A stretch of 64,000 nucleotides of DNA from an uncultured virus (IMG/VR IMGVR_UViG_3300020727_000014). Taxonomy: Duplodnaviria > Heunggongvirae > Uroviricota > Caudoviricetes. Below are positions 1-10,863 of this stretch, one piece after another; within the stretch, counting starts at the first letter, position 1; each line of letters starts with the position of its first letter. A program made the position numbers and the translations under genes. A model generated the notes under the pieces. It saw nothing but the letters and a program-made list of their open reading frames with translations. It did no database searches and had not been told where the DNA came from. The stretch lies in IMG/VR virus record IMGVR_UViG_3300020727_000014. One strand, written 5' to 3'.

Positions 1-1
1 T

Positions 2-760
2 TATGGAGGGCTTGGCGATAGTACCGTTACAAATAAAAGTTCTCCAGTTCAAACCATAACAGGTGGAACAAATTGGAAACAAGTTGCTTGTGGAACTTAT
101 CATACCGCAGCAATCAAGACCGATGGTACATTATGGACTTGGGGTTATAATGTTACTGGACAACTTGGCGATAGTACCAATACAAATAAAAGTTCTCCAG
201 TTCAGACCATAGCAGGTGGAACAAATTGGAAACAAGTTGCTGGTGGTTTTTATCATACCGCAGCAATCAAGACCGATGGTACATTATGGACTTGGGGTAG
301 AAATTCTTATGGAGGGCTTGGCGATAGTACCACCGTTACAAATAGAAGTTCTCCAGTTCAAACCATAGCAGGTGGAACAAATTGGAAACAGGTTGCTTGT
401 GGTTATTATAGTACCGCAGCAATCAAGACCGATGGTACATTATGGACTTGGGGTAGAAATTCTTATGGAGAACTTGGCGATAGTACCATAACAAATAAAA
501 GTTCTCCAGTTCAGACCATAGCAGGTGGAACAAATTGGAAACAGGTTGCTAGCGGATCTTTTCATACCGCAGCAATCAAGACCAATGGTACATTATGGAC
601 TTGTGGTTATAATGGTAGTGGACAACTTGGCGATAGTACCAATACAAGTAAAAGTTCTCCAGTTCAGACCATAACAGGTGGAACAAATTGGAAACAAGTT
701 GCTGGTAGTCAATATCATACCGCAGCAATACAATATTCAGATATAGGACAGGTATTATAA
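2..760 (+). CDS. RCC1/BLIP-II-like beta-propeller repeat protein (5' truncated by window edge)
   Basis: Open frame from position 2 to TAA at 758-760; 153-nt/51-aa repeats (SPVQTIAGGTNWKQVA..HTAAIKTDGTLWTWG.N..G.LGD) like those in 1454 and 3170. Confidence 0.85.
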   Translation, partial: YGGLGDSTVTNKSSPVQTITGGTNWKQVACGTYHTAAIKTDGTLWTWGYNVTGQLGDSTNTNKSSPVQTIAGGTNWKQVAGGFYHTAAIKTDGTLWTWGRNSYGGLGDSTTVTNRSSPVQTIAGGTNWKQVACGYYSTAAIKTDGTLWTWGRNSYGELGDSTITNKSSPVQTIAGGTNWKQVASGSFHTAAIKTNGTLWTCGYNGSGQLGDSTNTSKSSPVQTITGGTNWKQVAGSQYHTAAIQYSDIGQVL

Positions 761-761
761 T

Positions 762-1454
762 ATGTTTTTAGTAATAGAAAAAACTCAAGATGGAATGGAC
801 TTTGTTCATTTAGGGCCAATGAATTGGAGACCGAGATTATTTCAATCTGTTATAACAGATGATTTAGAAATTGATTTTACAATACCATTATCTAATGATA
901 ACAATGAACCAATAATTATAAATGATATTGCTAGAATTATTCCAGTAACTGATGTCGGTGTAACTGGATCTTATAATCCTAAAATACAACAATTGGTTGG
1001 TCCATATTATAATTTTTTTGAAACATATGCTGAACATTATCAAAAGGTTGAAGATAAACCACTTGATGTTATTAGATCAGAATTAAAACGTGTCATTGCT
1101 TCTAATAGATATCGATATGAAATTATGGGTACTGCTGTTACTATTCAAAATCAAACTATAAATGTTCTTACTACAAGAGAAGATCGTGGATTATATCTAC
1201 AAGCATATCAACTTGGTAAAGATGAAGTAAATTGGAAATTTGGTGATATATTCCTAATCTTATCAAATTCTGATTTAGGTATTATTGTGAATGCTGTTGC
1301 AAATCATGTTCAATCTGCATTTGATTGGGAAAATCGAAAAAATATAGAAATTGATTCTGCTACAACATTGGAAGATTTGGATTATATCAAATTAATTTCT
1401 GATGATCCAGCATGGGAGCCAGCTGTTGAACAAGTTGATGTTGGAATTAAATAA
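762..1454 (+). CDS. hypothetical protein, C-terminus resembling DUF4376 tail-fibre-assembly-like domain
   Basis: ORF track; C-terminal 'AVANHVQSAFDWE..K..EIDSATTLEDL' pattern resembles DUF4376; lies between RCC1 genes. Confidence 0.55.
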   Translation: MFLVIEKTQDGMDFVHLGPMNWRPRLFQSVITDDLEIDFTIPLSNDNNEPIIINDIARIIPVTDVGVTGSYNPKIQQLVGPYYNFFETYAEHYQKVEDKPLDVIRSELKRVIASNRYRYEIMGTAVTIQNQTINVLTTREDRGLYLQAYQLGKDEVNWKFGDIFLILSNSDLGIIVNAVANHVQSAFDWENRKNIEIDSATTLEDLDYIKLISDDPAWEPAVEQVDVGIK

Positions 1455-2686
1455 TGGCATCATCCAATAATCAATTCACAAGTAACTTTCAAGAGAGTTC
1501 GGCTGAAAATAATGTCGATCTTGGTGTAAAATATGTAACTAAAAGTTATTTGATGGATGTTTATCCATATTTGACTGGTATGGGTAATATTGAATTTCCT
1601 GGGTTATGGTTATGGGGTTATAATGTATATGGAGAACTTGGCGATAGTACCGTTACAAATAAAAGTTCTCCAGTTCAAACCATAGCAGGTGGAACAAATT
1701 GGAAACAAGTTGCTGGTGGTTTTTATCATACCGCAGCAATCAAGACCGATGGTACATTATGGACTTGGGGTTATAATTCTTATGGAGGGCTTGGCGATAG
1801 TACCATAACAAATAAAAATTCCCCAGTTCAGACCATAGCAGGTGGAACAAATTGGAAACAGGTTGCTGGTGGTTATTTTCATACCGCAGCAATCAAGACC
1901 GATGGTACATTATGGACTTGTGGTTATAATTTTTATGGAGAACTTGGCGATAGTACCATAACAAATAAAAGTTCCCCAGTTCAGACCATAACAGGTGGAA
2001 CAAATTGGAAACAAGTTGCTACTGGTTATTTTCATACCGCAGCAATCAAGACCGATGGTACATTATGGTTATGGGGTTATAATTTGGATGGAGAACTTGG
2101 CGATAGTACCACCGTTACTGGTAGAAGTTCTCCAGTTCAAACCATAGCAGGTGGAACAAATTGGAAACAGGTTGCTTGTAGTTTTGATCATACCGCAGCA
2201 ATCAAGACCGATGGTACTTTATGGACTTGGGGTTATAATGGTTATGGAGGGCTTGGCGATAGTACCGTTACAAATAAAAGTTCTCCAGTTCAAACCATAA
2301 CAGGTGGAACAAATTGGAAACAAGTTGCTTGTGGAACTTATCATACCGCAGCAATCAAGACCGATGGTACATTATGGACTTGGGGTTATAATGTTACTGG
2401 ACAACTTGGCGATAGTACCATAACAAATAAAAATTCCCCAGTTCAAACCATAGCAGGTGGAACAAATTGGAAACAGGTTGCTTGTGGTTATTATAGTACC
2501 GCAGCAATCAAGACCGATGGTACATTATGGGGATGGGGTAGAAATTCTTATGGAGGGCTTGGCGATAGTACCGTTACAAATAAAAGTTCTCCAGTTCAGA
2601 CCATAGCAGGTGGAACAAATTGGAAACAAGTTGCTACTGGTTATTATCATACCGCAGCAATAAAAGAAATGGGAGATGATTTTTGA
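1454..2686 (+). CDS. RCC1-repeat (7-bladed propeller) protein, probable virion/tail-associated
   Basis: Seven ~51-aa RCC1-like repeats. Confidence 0.85.
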   Translation: MASSNNQFTSNFQESSAENNVDLGVKYVTKSYLMDVYPYLTGMGNIEFPGLWLWGYNVYGELGDSTVTNKSSPVQTIAGGTNWKQVAGGFYHTAAIKTDGTLWTWGYNSYGGLGDSTITNKNSPVQTIAGGTNWKQVAGGYFHTAAIKTDGTLWTCGYNFYGELGDSTITNKSSPVQTITGGTNWKQVATGYFHTAAIKTDGTLWLWGYNLDGELGDSTTVTGRSSPVQTIAGGTNWKQVACSFDHTAAIKTDGTLWTWGYNGYGGLGDSTVTNKSSPVQTITGGTNWKQVACGTYHTAAIKTDGTLWTWGYNVTGQLGDSTITNKNSPVQTIAGGTNWKQVACGYYSTAAIKTDGTLWGWGRNSYGGLGDSTVTNKSSPVQTIAGGTNWKQVATGYYHTAAIKEMGDDF

Positions 2687-3168
2687 TTAAATTATTGCAA
2701 GCTGATAACTTTTTCAAAGATGAAGATGTTCAAATCATGTTTAATGCTACAAATAATTTACAATTTGTAGAAAAAGAACATGGATTAGAAATTGAAAATT
2801 TTAATATGGTCATTCCAGATTTAGATCAAATATTTTCAAAATTATTAGCAGAAGAAGTTACAGTAGATGAAGAAAATTCTGGAATTTTTAGAAAACCAAA
2901 TCAAAATATACATTTTGAAACTTTTACATCATTATCAGATTGGGTTTTTATTGTTGCATTACAATTTACATCATTTACACTTTATCATCATTTAGATGGA
3001 CCAAAAACTGCATTAGACGAATATAGATTAAATTATAAAGATTTTATGAAATGGGATTGTCATACTAATATATTCTTACAACCAAATGAAGGTATAATTT
3101 TTAGACCTTGGTTATTCCATGCGTTAGATCCCGGATTGATTCAATTGTATAAGTTGAAAGGAAAATAA
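2683..3168 (+). CDS. 2OG-Fe(II) oxygenase-like/cupin-fold protein
   Basis: IHFE...FRPWLFH pattern; resembles 10844-11374 family. Confidence 0.45.
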   Translation: MIKLLQADNFFKDEDVQIMFNATNNLQFVEKEHGLEIENFNMVIPDLDQIFSKLLAEEVTVDEENSGIFRKPNQNIHFETFTSLSDWVFIVALQFTSFTLYHHLDGPKTALDEYRLNYKDFMKWDCHTNIFLQPNEGIIFRPWLFHALDPGLIQLYKLKGK

Positions 3169-3169
3169 A

Positions 3170-4336
3170 ATGGCACAAACTGGATTTATAGTTAGTACAT
3201 CAGATGGTGGTGGAGCAGATATTGGCGATTTATTAGTTGCTAGAGATATCTTTTCAGAAGGCGGGTTATGGACTTGGGGTTATAATTTTTATGGAGGGCT
3301 TGGCGATAATACCGTTACAAATAAAAGTTCCCCAGTTCAGACCATAACAGGTGGAACAAATTGGAAACAGGTTGCTGGTGGAACTCTTCATACCGCAGCA
3401 ATCAAGACCGATGGTACATTATGGACTTGGGGTGATAATGAATATGGAGAACTTGGCGATAATACCGTTACAAATAAAAGTTCCCCAGTTCAGACCATAA
3501 CAGGTGGAACAAATTGGAAACAGGTTGCTGGCGGATCTTTTCATACCGCAGCAATCAAGACCGATGGTACTTTATGGACTTGGGGTTATAATGGTAATGG
3601 AGGGCTTGGCGATAGTACCGTTACAAATAAAAGTTCTCCAGTTCAGACCATTGCTGGTGGAACAAATTGGAAACAAGTTGCTGGTGGTTATTTTCATACC
3701 GCAGCAATCAAGACCGATGGTACATTATGGACTTGTGGTTATAATTCTTATGGACAACTTGGCGATAGTACCATAACAAATAAAAGTTCTCCAGTTCAGA
3801 CCATAACAGGTGGAACAAATTGGAAACAAGTTGCTTGTGGTTATTTTCATACCGCAGCAATCAAGACCGATGGTACATTATGGACTTGTGGTTATAATGG
3901 TTATGGACAACTTGGCGATAGTACCATAACAAATAAAAGTTCTCCAGTTCAAACCATAACAGGTGGAACAAATTGGAAACAAGTTGCTTGTGGTTATTTT
4001 CATACCGCAGTAATCAAGACCGATGGTACATTATGGTTATGGGGTTATAATTTGGATGGACAACTTGGCGATAGTACCATAACAAATAAAAGTTCTCCAG
4101 TTCAGACCATAGCAGGTGGAACAAATTGGAAACAGGTTGCTGGCGGATCTGATCATACCGCAGCAATCAAGACCGATGGAACATTATGGACTTGTGGTTA
4201 TAATGGTAATGGAGGGCTTGGCGATAGTACCGTTACAAATAAAAGTTCTCCAGTTCAGACCATTGCTGGTGGAACAAATTGGAAACAAGTTGCTGGTGGA
4301 ACTCTTCATACCGCAGCAATAAAAGACGATATGTAA
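3170..4336 (+). CDS. RCC1-repeat (7-bladed propeller) protein
   Basis: Seven 51-aa RCC1-like repeats. Confidence 0.85.
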   Translation: MAQTGFIVSTSDGGGADIGDLLVARDIFSEGGLWTWGYNFYGGLGDNTVTNKSSPVQTITGGTNWKQVAGGTLHTAAIKTDGTLWTWGDNEYGELGDNTVTNKSSPVQTITGGTNWKQVAGGSFHTAAIKTDGTLWTWGYNGNGGLGDSTVTNKSSPVQTIAGGTNWKQVAGGYFHTAAIKTDGTLWTCGYNSYGQLGDSTITNKSSPVQTITGGTNWKQVACGYFHTAAIKTDGTLWTCGYNGYGQLGDSTITNKSSPVQTITGGTNWKQVACGYFHTAVIKTDGTLWLWGYNLDGQLGDSTITNKSSPVQTIAGGTNWKQVAGGSDHTAAIKTDGTLWTCGYNGNGGLGDSTVTNKSSPVQTIAGGTNWKQVAGGTLHTAAIKDDM

Positions 4337-4361
4337 AATATTTACACCCATTAACTACGCA

Positions 4362-4369
4362 TATAAATA
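4362..4369 (+). promoter_or_regulatory. T4-type late promoter TATAAATA
   Basis: Exact TATAAATA just upstream of the sulfotransferase operon. Confidence 0.6.
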
Positions 4370-4396
4370 TCTTAAACTATAACATGAGATATTTAT

Positions 4397-5173
4397 ATGA
4401 ACAAACAATACTACTTCATTTCTGGGTTACCACGTTCTGGGACAACCCTTTTATCGACTATTCTAAACCAAAATCCAAAATTTCAAGCATCAATATCTGG
4501 TCCTCTTGCTAGATTTACTAGAGCAATAATTGAACAATCTTCTGCTATGTCTGGGTATAGACATCAATGTCCAGCAGAAAAAAGAAAAAATATAATTCAT
4601 GGCATTTTTGATAATTATTATGATGATCCATCTAAAGAAGTATTTTTTGACACAAATCGCGGTTGGACATTACTTACTCCATTTTTAAAAGATTTATACC
4701 CATATACAAAACTTATTATTTGTGTAAGAGATTTAAATTGGGTTCTTGATTCTTTTGAAAATTTATATAGAAAAAATCCATACGATAAAAATTTAATGAT
4801 TCCTGATGATTATGCATCAACAGTATATTCAAGATGTGATTATCTAATGAGAGAAGATTCTACAGTTGGGTTTGCATATCTTGGATTAAAACAAGCTATA
4901 ACATCAGCAGAGAAGAATATGATCATGTTAGTTGAATATGAACAACTTTGTAAAAACCCTGCTGGTATGATGACAGCAATTTATAATTTTATTGGACAAC
5001 CATATTATCAACACGATTTTAATGATGTTGAAACATCATATGACGAATTTGATGATGATGTTAATGTAAAAGGATTGCATACAACAAGAAAGAAAATAGA
5101 ATGGATAGAACGTCCTACAATTTTACCGCCAGATATATTACATAAATTTAGTGATATGGAGGTTTGGCGATGA
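4397..5173 (+). CDS. sulfotransferase family protein
   Basis: 5'-PSB motif GLPRSGTTLL, plus IICVRD...SF and VEYEQL motifs. Confidence 0.85.
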   Translation: MNKQYYFISGLPRSGTTLLSTILNQNPKFQASISGPLARFTRAIIEQSSAMSGYRHQCPAEKRKNIIHGIFDNYYDDPSKEVFFDTNRGWTLLTPFLKDLYPYTKLIICVRDLNWVLDSFENLYRKNPYDKNLMIPDDYASTVYSRCDYLMREDSTVGFAYLGLKQAITSAEKNMIMLVEYEQLCKNPAGMMTAIYNFIGQPYYQHDFNDVETSYDEFDDDVNVKGLHTTRKKIEWIERPTILPPDILHKFSDMEVWR

Positions 5174-7926
5174 AAAAGACTATATCATTTGTAACCCTTG
5201 GGCTACAATTTAACGGCAATTCTTTAATTGAAAAATCTCTAGGTGGTTCGGAATCAGCAATGATTTATATGGCTAGAGAACTCTCATATTTAGGAAACGA
5301 TGTTACAGTTTATTGTGATTGTGATAAACCTGGAATATATGATGGTGTTGATTATAGAAGTTATGTTCAATTTAATAATGATGAAAAATGTCAGACTGAT
5401 GTTTGTATTGTATCCCGATATACCGAATTTTTAGCAAAACCACTGGATTCAAAATTAAATATTTTGTGGACACATGATATTTTTATTGATAATCCAGAAC
5501 TTTCTATATCGGTTGCTGATAAAATATTTTGTCTATCAGAATATCATAAACAATTCTTTAAAAATTCGTATAATTTAGAAGATGATGCATTTTGGGTAAC
5601 ATCCAATGGATTTGATAAAAGTTTAGTTTCTGATACAATACCATTTGAACAAAAGAAAAACAACTATATATATTCTGCAAGATTTGAACGTGGACTAGTT
5701 AAACTTTTAGAAGATATTTGGCCAAAAATAGTTGATAAAAATCCAGAAGCAAAATTACATATTTGTGGATATCAAAATGCAATGGCAAATTATCAATCAG
5801 GTGATATGTTTTATGAAGTATTCAAAAAGTCAAATGAATTATTAAAATCATCAAAAAATATAATAGATAATGGAACATTAAGTAAAAAAGATTATTATTC
5901 TCTATTGAATCGCTGTGCTTATATGATTTATCCGACAGATTGCAAAGGTGAAACATCATGCATCAATGCTATGGAAGCGCAAGCATCTGGTTGTTTAGTT
6001 ATGACAACTGATGATTATGCATTAGCAGAAACTGTTAAATCTGATACAAAAATTCCGCATGGTGATAATTATGATCAAGAATTTATAGCATTGTTTGACA
6101 AATATCAAGACAAAACTTACGAACAAGAAGTTTTAAAAGCAAAAGAATTAATACAACCTTATGATTGGAGTAATGTTGCTAGAACTTGGAATGATAAAAT
6201 TGATTCTATGTTTATTGAAAGAAGTAATAATAACAAACAAGCGATTTTAGATCAATTAGAAATTTATTCTGATTTAGTAGCAGCAAAAGAACTGTCTGGA
6301 GATAAAAAATATTATGATTTGATTGACATTTGTAATTTTGATAATATTGAAGATCACAAATATATTGATGGTGGTAGAAATTCCTGTGAAAGAATCAATA
6401 TTATTGTTGATGAAATAAAGTATATTGTCAAAGAACATAATTACAATTTAAATGTATTAGACTTAGGTTCTTATGATGGGTGTGTTTCATTACCATTATT
6501 AGAAAAATATTCGTTGTATATAAACAATTTGTATGCATATGATTATTGTCAAGATGCATTAGATAATTTTGAAAAAACATATAAACCACAGTACAATCAA
6601 ATCATTACTATTCGTGATAATGTATTAAATATTGATCAATATGAGTTAGATGCAAATGTTGTTATTGTTGCTGAATTGATGGAACACATTGAAGATACTA
6701 TAACATTTTTGAACAAATTAATGACTTTGGTTAAAAAGAAATGTACTTTTATTTTTACTACTCCAGCTGGTCCATGGCAAAATTTAGATAAAGACAATAA
6801 ACATATAGAACATTTGCACCATTTCGAATTAAACGATATTAAAACCATATTTAAAGAAACAGATTTAACTATTAAAGCAATTAAAGATAAACAACAAGGC
6901 AGAAGAGGAGAACCGATCTATCATTGGGTATATCATTTTACAGTAGAACCTGATAACATACCAACATTTCACAAACCTGATTACCAAGATAAGTTTATCA
7001 AAACTCGTCCATATAAAAAGATATCTGCTAGTATGATTGTTAAGAATGAAGAAAATAACTTAGCAAGATGTTTAAAATCAATCTATAATTTAGTTGATGA
7101 AATAATTATTGTTGATACTGGTTCTACTGATGATACCAAAAGAATAGCATCAAAATATACTGATAAAATTTATGATTATAAATGGGAAGAAGATGATGGA
7201 TTAGGTAACTTTTCAGCGGCTAGAAATTATGGCATAGAAAAATGTACTGGCGATTATATACTTTGGATGGATGCTGATGAAGAATTGATTAATGGTAAAT
7301 TATTATCACAATTTATAACTTCTGACTATTACAATAGTATATTAGTCAGTCAAAAACATTGTATTGTATATGGAGATAAGAATGAATATGATCCACCATA
7401 TCACGATAGATTGTTTAAAAATAATGGAATATATTTTACTGGGGTAGTTCACGAATATCCAACAACAGATGAAGGTTGGATCAGTAAATGTTTATTCCAA
7501 GATATTGCATTCATTGCTCATTATGGAACAATTAATAGACCAGTAAGAAATGAAAAGATTGAAGATCGTTACTATGATTTGATTATTAAAAATTATAGAC
7601 AAAGACCAGATTTTACTATGGCACAATATTATTATATGGGTTTATTATGCGCAATTACTCAAAAACATGGCGATTTATCAAAACTTGACGAGATCTTTGA
7701 TTTATGGTATAATAAGTTAATTCCAACAGAAGATCCTTGGTTATTAAAAAATGGTGCAAATTTTATACAAGGACTATATAAAACATTGTATGCAAACGAA
7801 GTTGGTAATTTAGAATTAAGACAATTTCAAAACGAGTTAGGCAATACTATAGAAATTGTAGCAAAATCTGATGACGAATTTAACTTGTTTTTAGATATAT
7901 TTTCGCATAGAAAAATAACTAGATGA
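5164..7926 (+). CDS. multidomain glycosyltransferase: GT4-like + SAM methyltransferase + GT2
   Basis: GGSE...ETSCINAMEAQASG (GT-B); VLDLGSYDG...ELMEH (class I MTase); SMIVKNEE...VDTGSTD...NFSAARN...WMDADE (GT2). Confidence 0.85.
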   Translation: MAMKKTISFVTLGLQFNGNSLIEKSLGGSESAMIYMARELSYLGNDVTVYCDCDKPGIYDGVDYRSYVQFNNDEKCQTDVCIVSRYTEFLAKPLDSKLNILWTHDIFIDNPELSISVADKIFCLSEYHKQFFKNSYNLEDDAFWVTSNGFDKSLVSDTIPFEQKKNNYIYSARFERGLVKLLEDIWPKIVDKNPEAKLHICGYQNAMANYQSGDMFYEVFKKSNELLKSSKNIIDNGTLSKKDYYSLLNRCAYMIYPTDCKGETSCINAMEAQASGCLVMTTDDYALAETVKSDTKIPHGDNYDQEFIALFDKYQDKTYEQEVLKAKELIQPYDWSNVARTWNDKIDSMFIERSNNNKQAILDQLEIYSDLVAAKELSGDKKYYDLIDICNFDNIEDHKYIDGGRNSCERINIIVDEIKYIVKEHNYNLNVLDLGSYDGCVSLPLLEKYSLYINNLYAYDYCQDALDNFEKTYKPQYNQIITIRDNVLNIDQYELDANVVIVAELMEHIEDTITFLNKLMTLVKKKCTFIFTTPAGPWQNLDKDNKHIEHLHHFELNDIKTIFKETDLTIKAIKDKQQGRRGEPIYHWVYHFTVEPDNIPTFHKPDYQDKFIKTRPYKKISASMIVKNEENNLARCLKSIYNLVDEIIIVDTGSTDDTKRIASKYTDKIYDYKWEEDDGLGNFSAARNYGIEKCTGDYILWMDADEELINGKLLSQFITSDYYNSILVSQKHCIVYGDKNEYDPPYHDRLFKNNGIYFTGVVHEYPTTDEGWISKCLFQDIAFIAHYGTINRPVRNEKIEDRYYDLIIKNYRQRPDFTMAQYYYMGLLCAITQKHGDLSKLDEIFDLWYNKLIPTEDPWLLKNGANFIQGLYKTLYANEVGNLELRQFQNELGNTIEIVAKSDDEFNLFLDIFSHRKITR

Positions 7927-8294
7927 GTTTTAAAGAATGCGGGTCATGTACAGCATGTTGTGATGGTTGGCTAACTGCAAATTCATATGGCAATCCTTTT
8001 GGGAATGGCAAATCTTGTTTGTTTTTATGTAACAAGAATTGTTCTATATATAATACTCGACCAAAAGATTGTATTGATTATCAATGTGCTTGGTCACAAG
8101 GATTATTTCCGGATTGGATGAAACCCACAGAAAGCAATGTATTAATTTCTATAGAAATTGCAGATAATAAACAATATTTAAAAGTAATTGAAATGGGTGT
8201 ACCAATTTCAGACCAAGCATTAGATTTTATTAAAACTTGGGTAAAACAAAACGATACATATTTTATAATAATAGGTGATAAAAATGAAAATTAA
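7923..8294 (+). CDS. YkgJ-like cysteine-cluster (Fe-S/Zn) protein
   Basis: CGSCTACC...CLFL..CSIY..RP..C..Y.C.W pattern. Confidence 0.7.
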   Translation: MSFKECGSCTACCDGWLTANSYGNPFGNGKSCLFLCNKNCSIYNTRPKDCIDYQCAWSQGLFPDWMKPTESNVLISIEIADNKQYLKVIEMGVPISDQALDFIKTWVKQNDTYFIIIGDKNEN

Positions 8295-8832
8295 CATAGG
8301 TGGTGGATTTAAACGTTATGATGGATTTTTGAATTTGGATGCTGATCCATTAACAAATCCAGATTACTTAGTTAAATTAGGAGAAGATGTATTACCATTT
8401 GAGGATAATACTATTGATGAAGTAAGAGCGTATCATATTCTTGAACATATTGGACCTGGATTCTTTCAATTAATGAAAGAAATTTATAGAGTTTGTAAAG
8501 ATACAGCAATTATTGATATTCAAGTTCCACATCACAGAAGCGAAGTTTGGTATGGTGATCCATCCCATGTTAGATTTGTTACTGTTGATAATATGAGATT
8601 GTTTAGTAAAAAATATAATAAATGGCATATTGATCAATGGAATAGTTCAAGTGGATTTGGTTTACCATTAAATGTTGATTTTGAAATTATAGAATATGAT
8701 TTTATTGTCGATGATCATTGGAAACCTCGTTTTGCACAAATGACAGAAGAAGAAAGGGCTGAAGTTGCAAGAAATTTTAATAATGTGTATGGTGAAACAC
8801 ATATGAAATTAATGGTAATAAAAGATGCTTGA
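8284..8832 (+). CDS. class I SAM-dependent methyltransferase (type 11-like)
   Basis: KINIGGG...LPFEDN..DEVRAYHILEHI...EIYRV motifs. Confidence 0.8.
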   Translation: MKINIGGGFKRYDGFLNLDADPLTNPDYLVKLGEDVLPFEDNTIDEVRAYHILEHIGPGFFQLMKEIYRVCKDTAIIDIQVPHHRSEVWYGDPSHVRFVTVDNMRLFSKKYNKWHIDQWNSSSGFGLPLNVDFEIIEYDFIVDDHWKPRFAQMTEEERAEVARNFNNVYGETHMKLMVIKDA

Positions 8833-10153
8833 AAATCTAGTTAATTATCTAGTTGCACATGGCGAAAAAAGTCAGGCAATAAGTTTGCTTGATACTATGA
8901 GCAAACATGCTTGGAAATTTGAAGAATATGACGACCTTGCAAAATGTTATTTTAAACAAAAAATTTATGATAAAGCAATAGATTTTTCAGAAAAAGCATT
9001 AATAACAGCATACGTTAATACTAAAATTTGGACTGCAAGAGCTAATTTAATTAATGTGTATAATCATGCAAATCAACCCGAATTAGCATTAAAATATATC
9101 AAACAAGCAGAAATTTCTATACCTGATGATGTCGATACAAAATTAGAAAAAGCGTATTCGTATTTTTTGATGAATGAAAGGGACAAAGCAGAGGAAATTC
9201 TACATGATGTTTTATTAAACACCAAGAATTTATCGGAAGAATATGCTACTAAAATTAAGTTTAATCTTGGTACATATTACTTGTACAGAGACGAATTTCA
9301 AAAAGGTTTGAATTTATTCCTCGAAGAAGGAAAGAAATTAGACTATTGGCAAAAAGCCAAACTTCCATTCAAATATTGGGAAGGTGGGATACAACCAGGA
9401 AAGACTATAATTTTATTTGCAGAAGCTGGTATTGGTGATGAGATAATTAATGTGAGATTTATGAAGTATCTTACAGATTTTGGTATGAATCCAATATGGT
9501 TATCAGAAAGAAAGGATATAGCAGAGATATTTAATCGTAATGGATTTAAGACTATAACCAATAGAAAGGATATCCCGCAGGAAGAAGGATTGTTGTGGAC
9601 TTATCCAATGAATATGCCAACCTCATTAAATTTAGATTATACTAATCTATGGTATGGACCATACATCAAATCATCTGATGCATATGATGCAAAATACGAA
9701 TGGATGAAATCTGATAAAAAGAAAATTGGTATTAGATGGCAAGGTAATCCAGATTATGATAATGACTTGCATAGATCAGTTCCATTAAAGGAAATCTATG
9801 AATCTGTTAAACATATAGATGCTGAATTTTATAGTTTACAACGCGATGTTGGTCTGGAAGAAATTGATGATTTTCCAGGATTAATTCCAATGCATGACTA
9901 TATGAAATCTTTTGATGATACATTATCTATAATTAATAATTTAGATTTGGTTATTACTACTTGTACATCTGTTGCACATGCATCAGCAAGCATGGGAAAG
10001 AAAACTTTTATATTCATTCCTATATCTGCCTATTATACATGGTCACATTCAACAAAACAAAGTCCATGGTATGGTGATAGCGTTACATTATTACGCCAAC
10101 AAAAACCAAGAAGTTGGAATGAACCATTACTAGAACTTAAAGAAATTTTATGA
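8825..10153 (+). CDS. TPR-repeat + glycosyltransferase family 9-like protein
   Basis: N-terminal helical repeats; EAGIGDEI...GIRWQGNP...RSVP...LDLVITTCTSVAH...SPWY..V.LLRQ. Confidence 0.8.
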   Translation: MLENLVNYLVAHGEKSQAISLLDTMSKHAWKFEEYDDLAKCYFKQKIYDKAIDFSEKALITAYVNTKIWTARANLINVYNHANQPELALKYIKQAEISIPDDVDTKLEKAYSYFLMNERDKAEEILHDVLLNTKNLSEEYATKIKFNLGTYYLYRDEFQKGLNLFLEEGKKLDYWQKAKLPFKYWEGGIQPGKTIILFAEAGIGDEIINVRFMKYLTDFGMNPIWLSERKDIAEIFNRNGFKTITNRKDIPQEEGLLWTYPMNMPTSLNLDYTNLWYGPYIKSSDAYDAKYEWMKSDKKKIGIRWQGNPDYDNDLHRSVPLKEIYESVKHIDAEFYSLQRDVGLEEIDDFPGLIPMHDYMKSFDDTLSIINNLDLVITTCTSVAHASASMGKKTFIFIPISAYYTWSHSTKQSPWYGDSVTLLRQQKPRSWNEPLLELKEIL

Positions 10154-10863
10154 TATACACATTTGGGGATAGTTTTACTTGGGGATGGAACTTTTTTATT
10201 GATTCTGATATAAACGAAGAACAAAGAAAAGAATTAATTTGGCCTAATGTAATATCTCAAAAATTAGAAATGCCATTAACCGATTTTTCTCTTCCTGCCT
10301 CAAGTAACTGGCGGATTGCTAGAAAATTACAATCAATTCCTTTAACAAAAGATGATATTGTATTAATAGGTTGGACTGCTCCATCAAGGTTTGAATTTGG
10401 TCTTGCTGATGATTATGATATTACATCAAATCATCCAGATATTAATTATAGAATAACGGATTTAAATGAAGATGATGATGGTATTAGAACAAAACGAATG
10501 TCATATCATCTAATGGATTCTACTACCTGTCAATATGCCAAACAATTTATGTGGGGAGCATTTGGTCCATTTAATTCTAGTATATGGTATCAAGAAATGT
10601 TTAAAGTAATGTTTACTTCTTGTCAACAAGTATTAAATAAATCTGGTTGTAGATGGTTAGCGTTTGATGTATGGTGCGACCAATGCGATAATGGATACTT
10701 TATAGAAGAAGAAAGATATATTTTAAGAGGAACCAATTTATTAAATGCTTCCAGAGGAATCAAAGGTAAAAAAACCGATAAAGAATATTGGAACAAAGAA
10801 GAACATATTACTGTAGCAGATTTATTAATAAAAGAGTTGGGATATGAATTTAATAATACTTGA
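10150..10863 (+). CDS. SGNH/GDSL-hydrolase-like protein
   Basis: N-terminal FGDSFTWG motif; GWT..SRFE. Confidence 0.6.
   Translation: MIYTFGDSFTWGWNFFIDSDINEEQRKELIWPNVISQKLEMPLTDFSLPASSNWRIARKLQSIPLTKDDIVLIGWTAPSRFEFGLADDYDITSNHPDINYRITDLNEDDDGIRTKRMSYHLMDSTTCQYAKQFMWGAFGPFNSSIWYQEMFKVMFTSCQQVLNKSGCRWLAFDVWCDQCDNGYFIEEERYILRGTNLLNASRGIKGKKTDKEYWNKEEHITVADLLIKELGYEFNNT

Noticed and set aside
3504..4322. Alternative-frame ORFs inside the RCC1 gene
   Set aside because: Periodic shadows of the repeat
1..4336. RCC1 repeats as a CRISPR array or diversity-generating retroelement
   Set aside because: Units are in-frame 153-nt coding repeats without unique spacers; no reverse transcriptase in the window and variation is not limited to adenines
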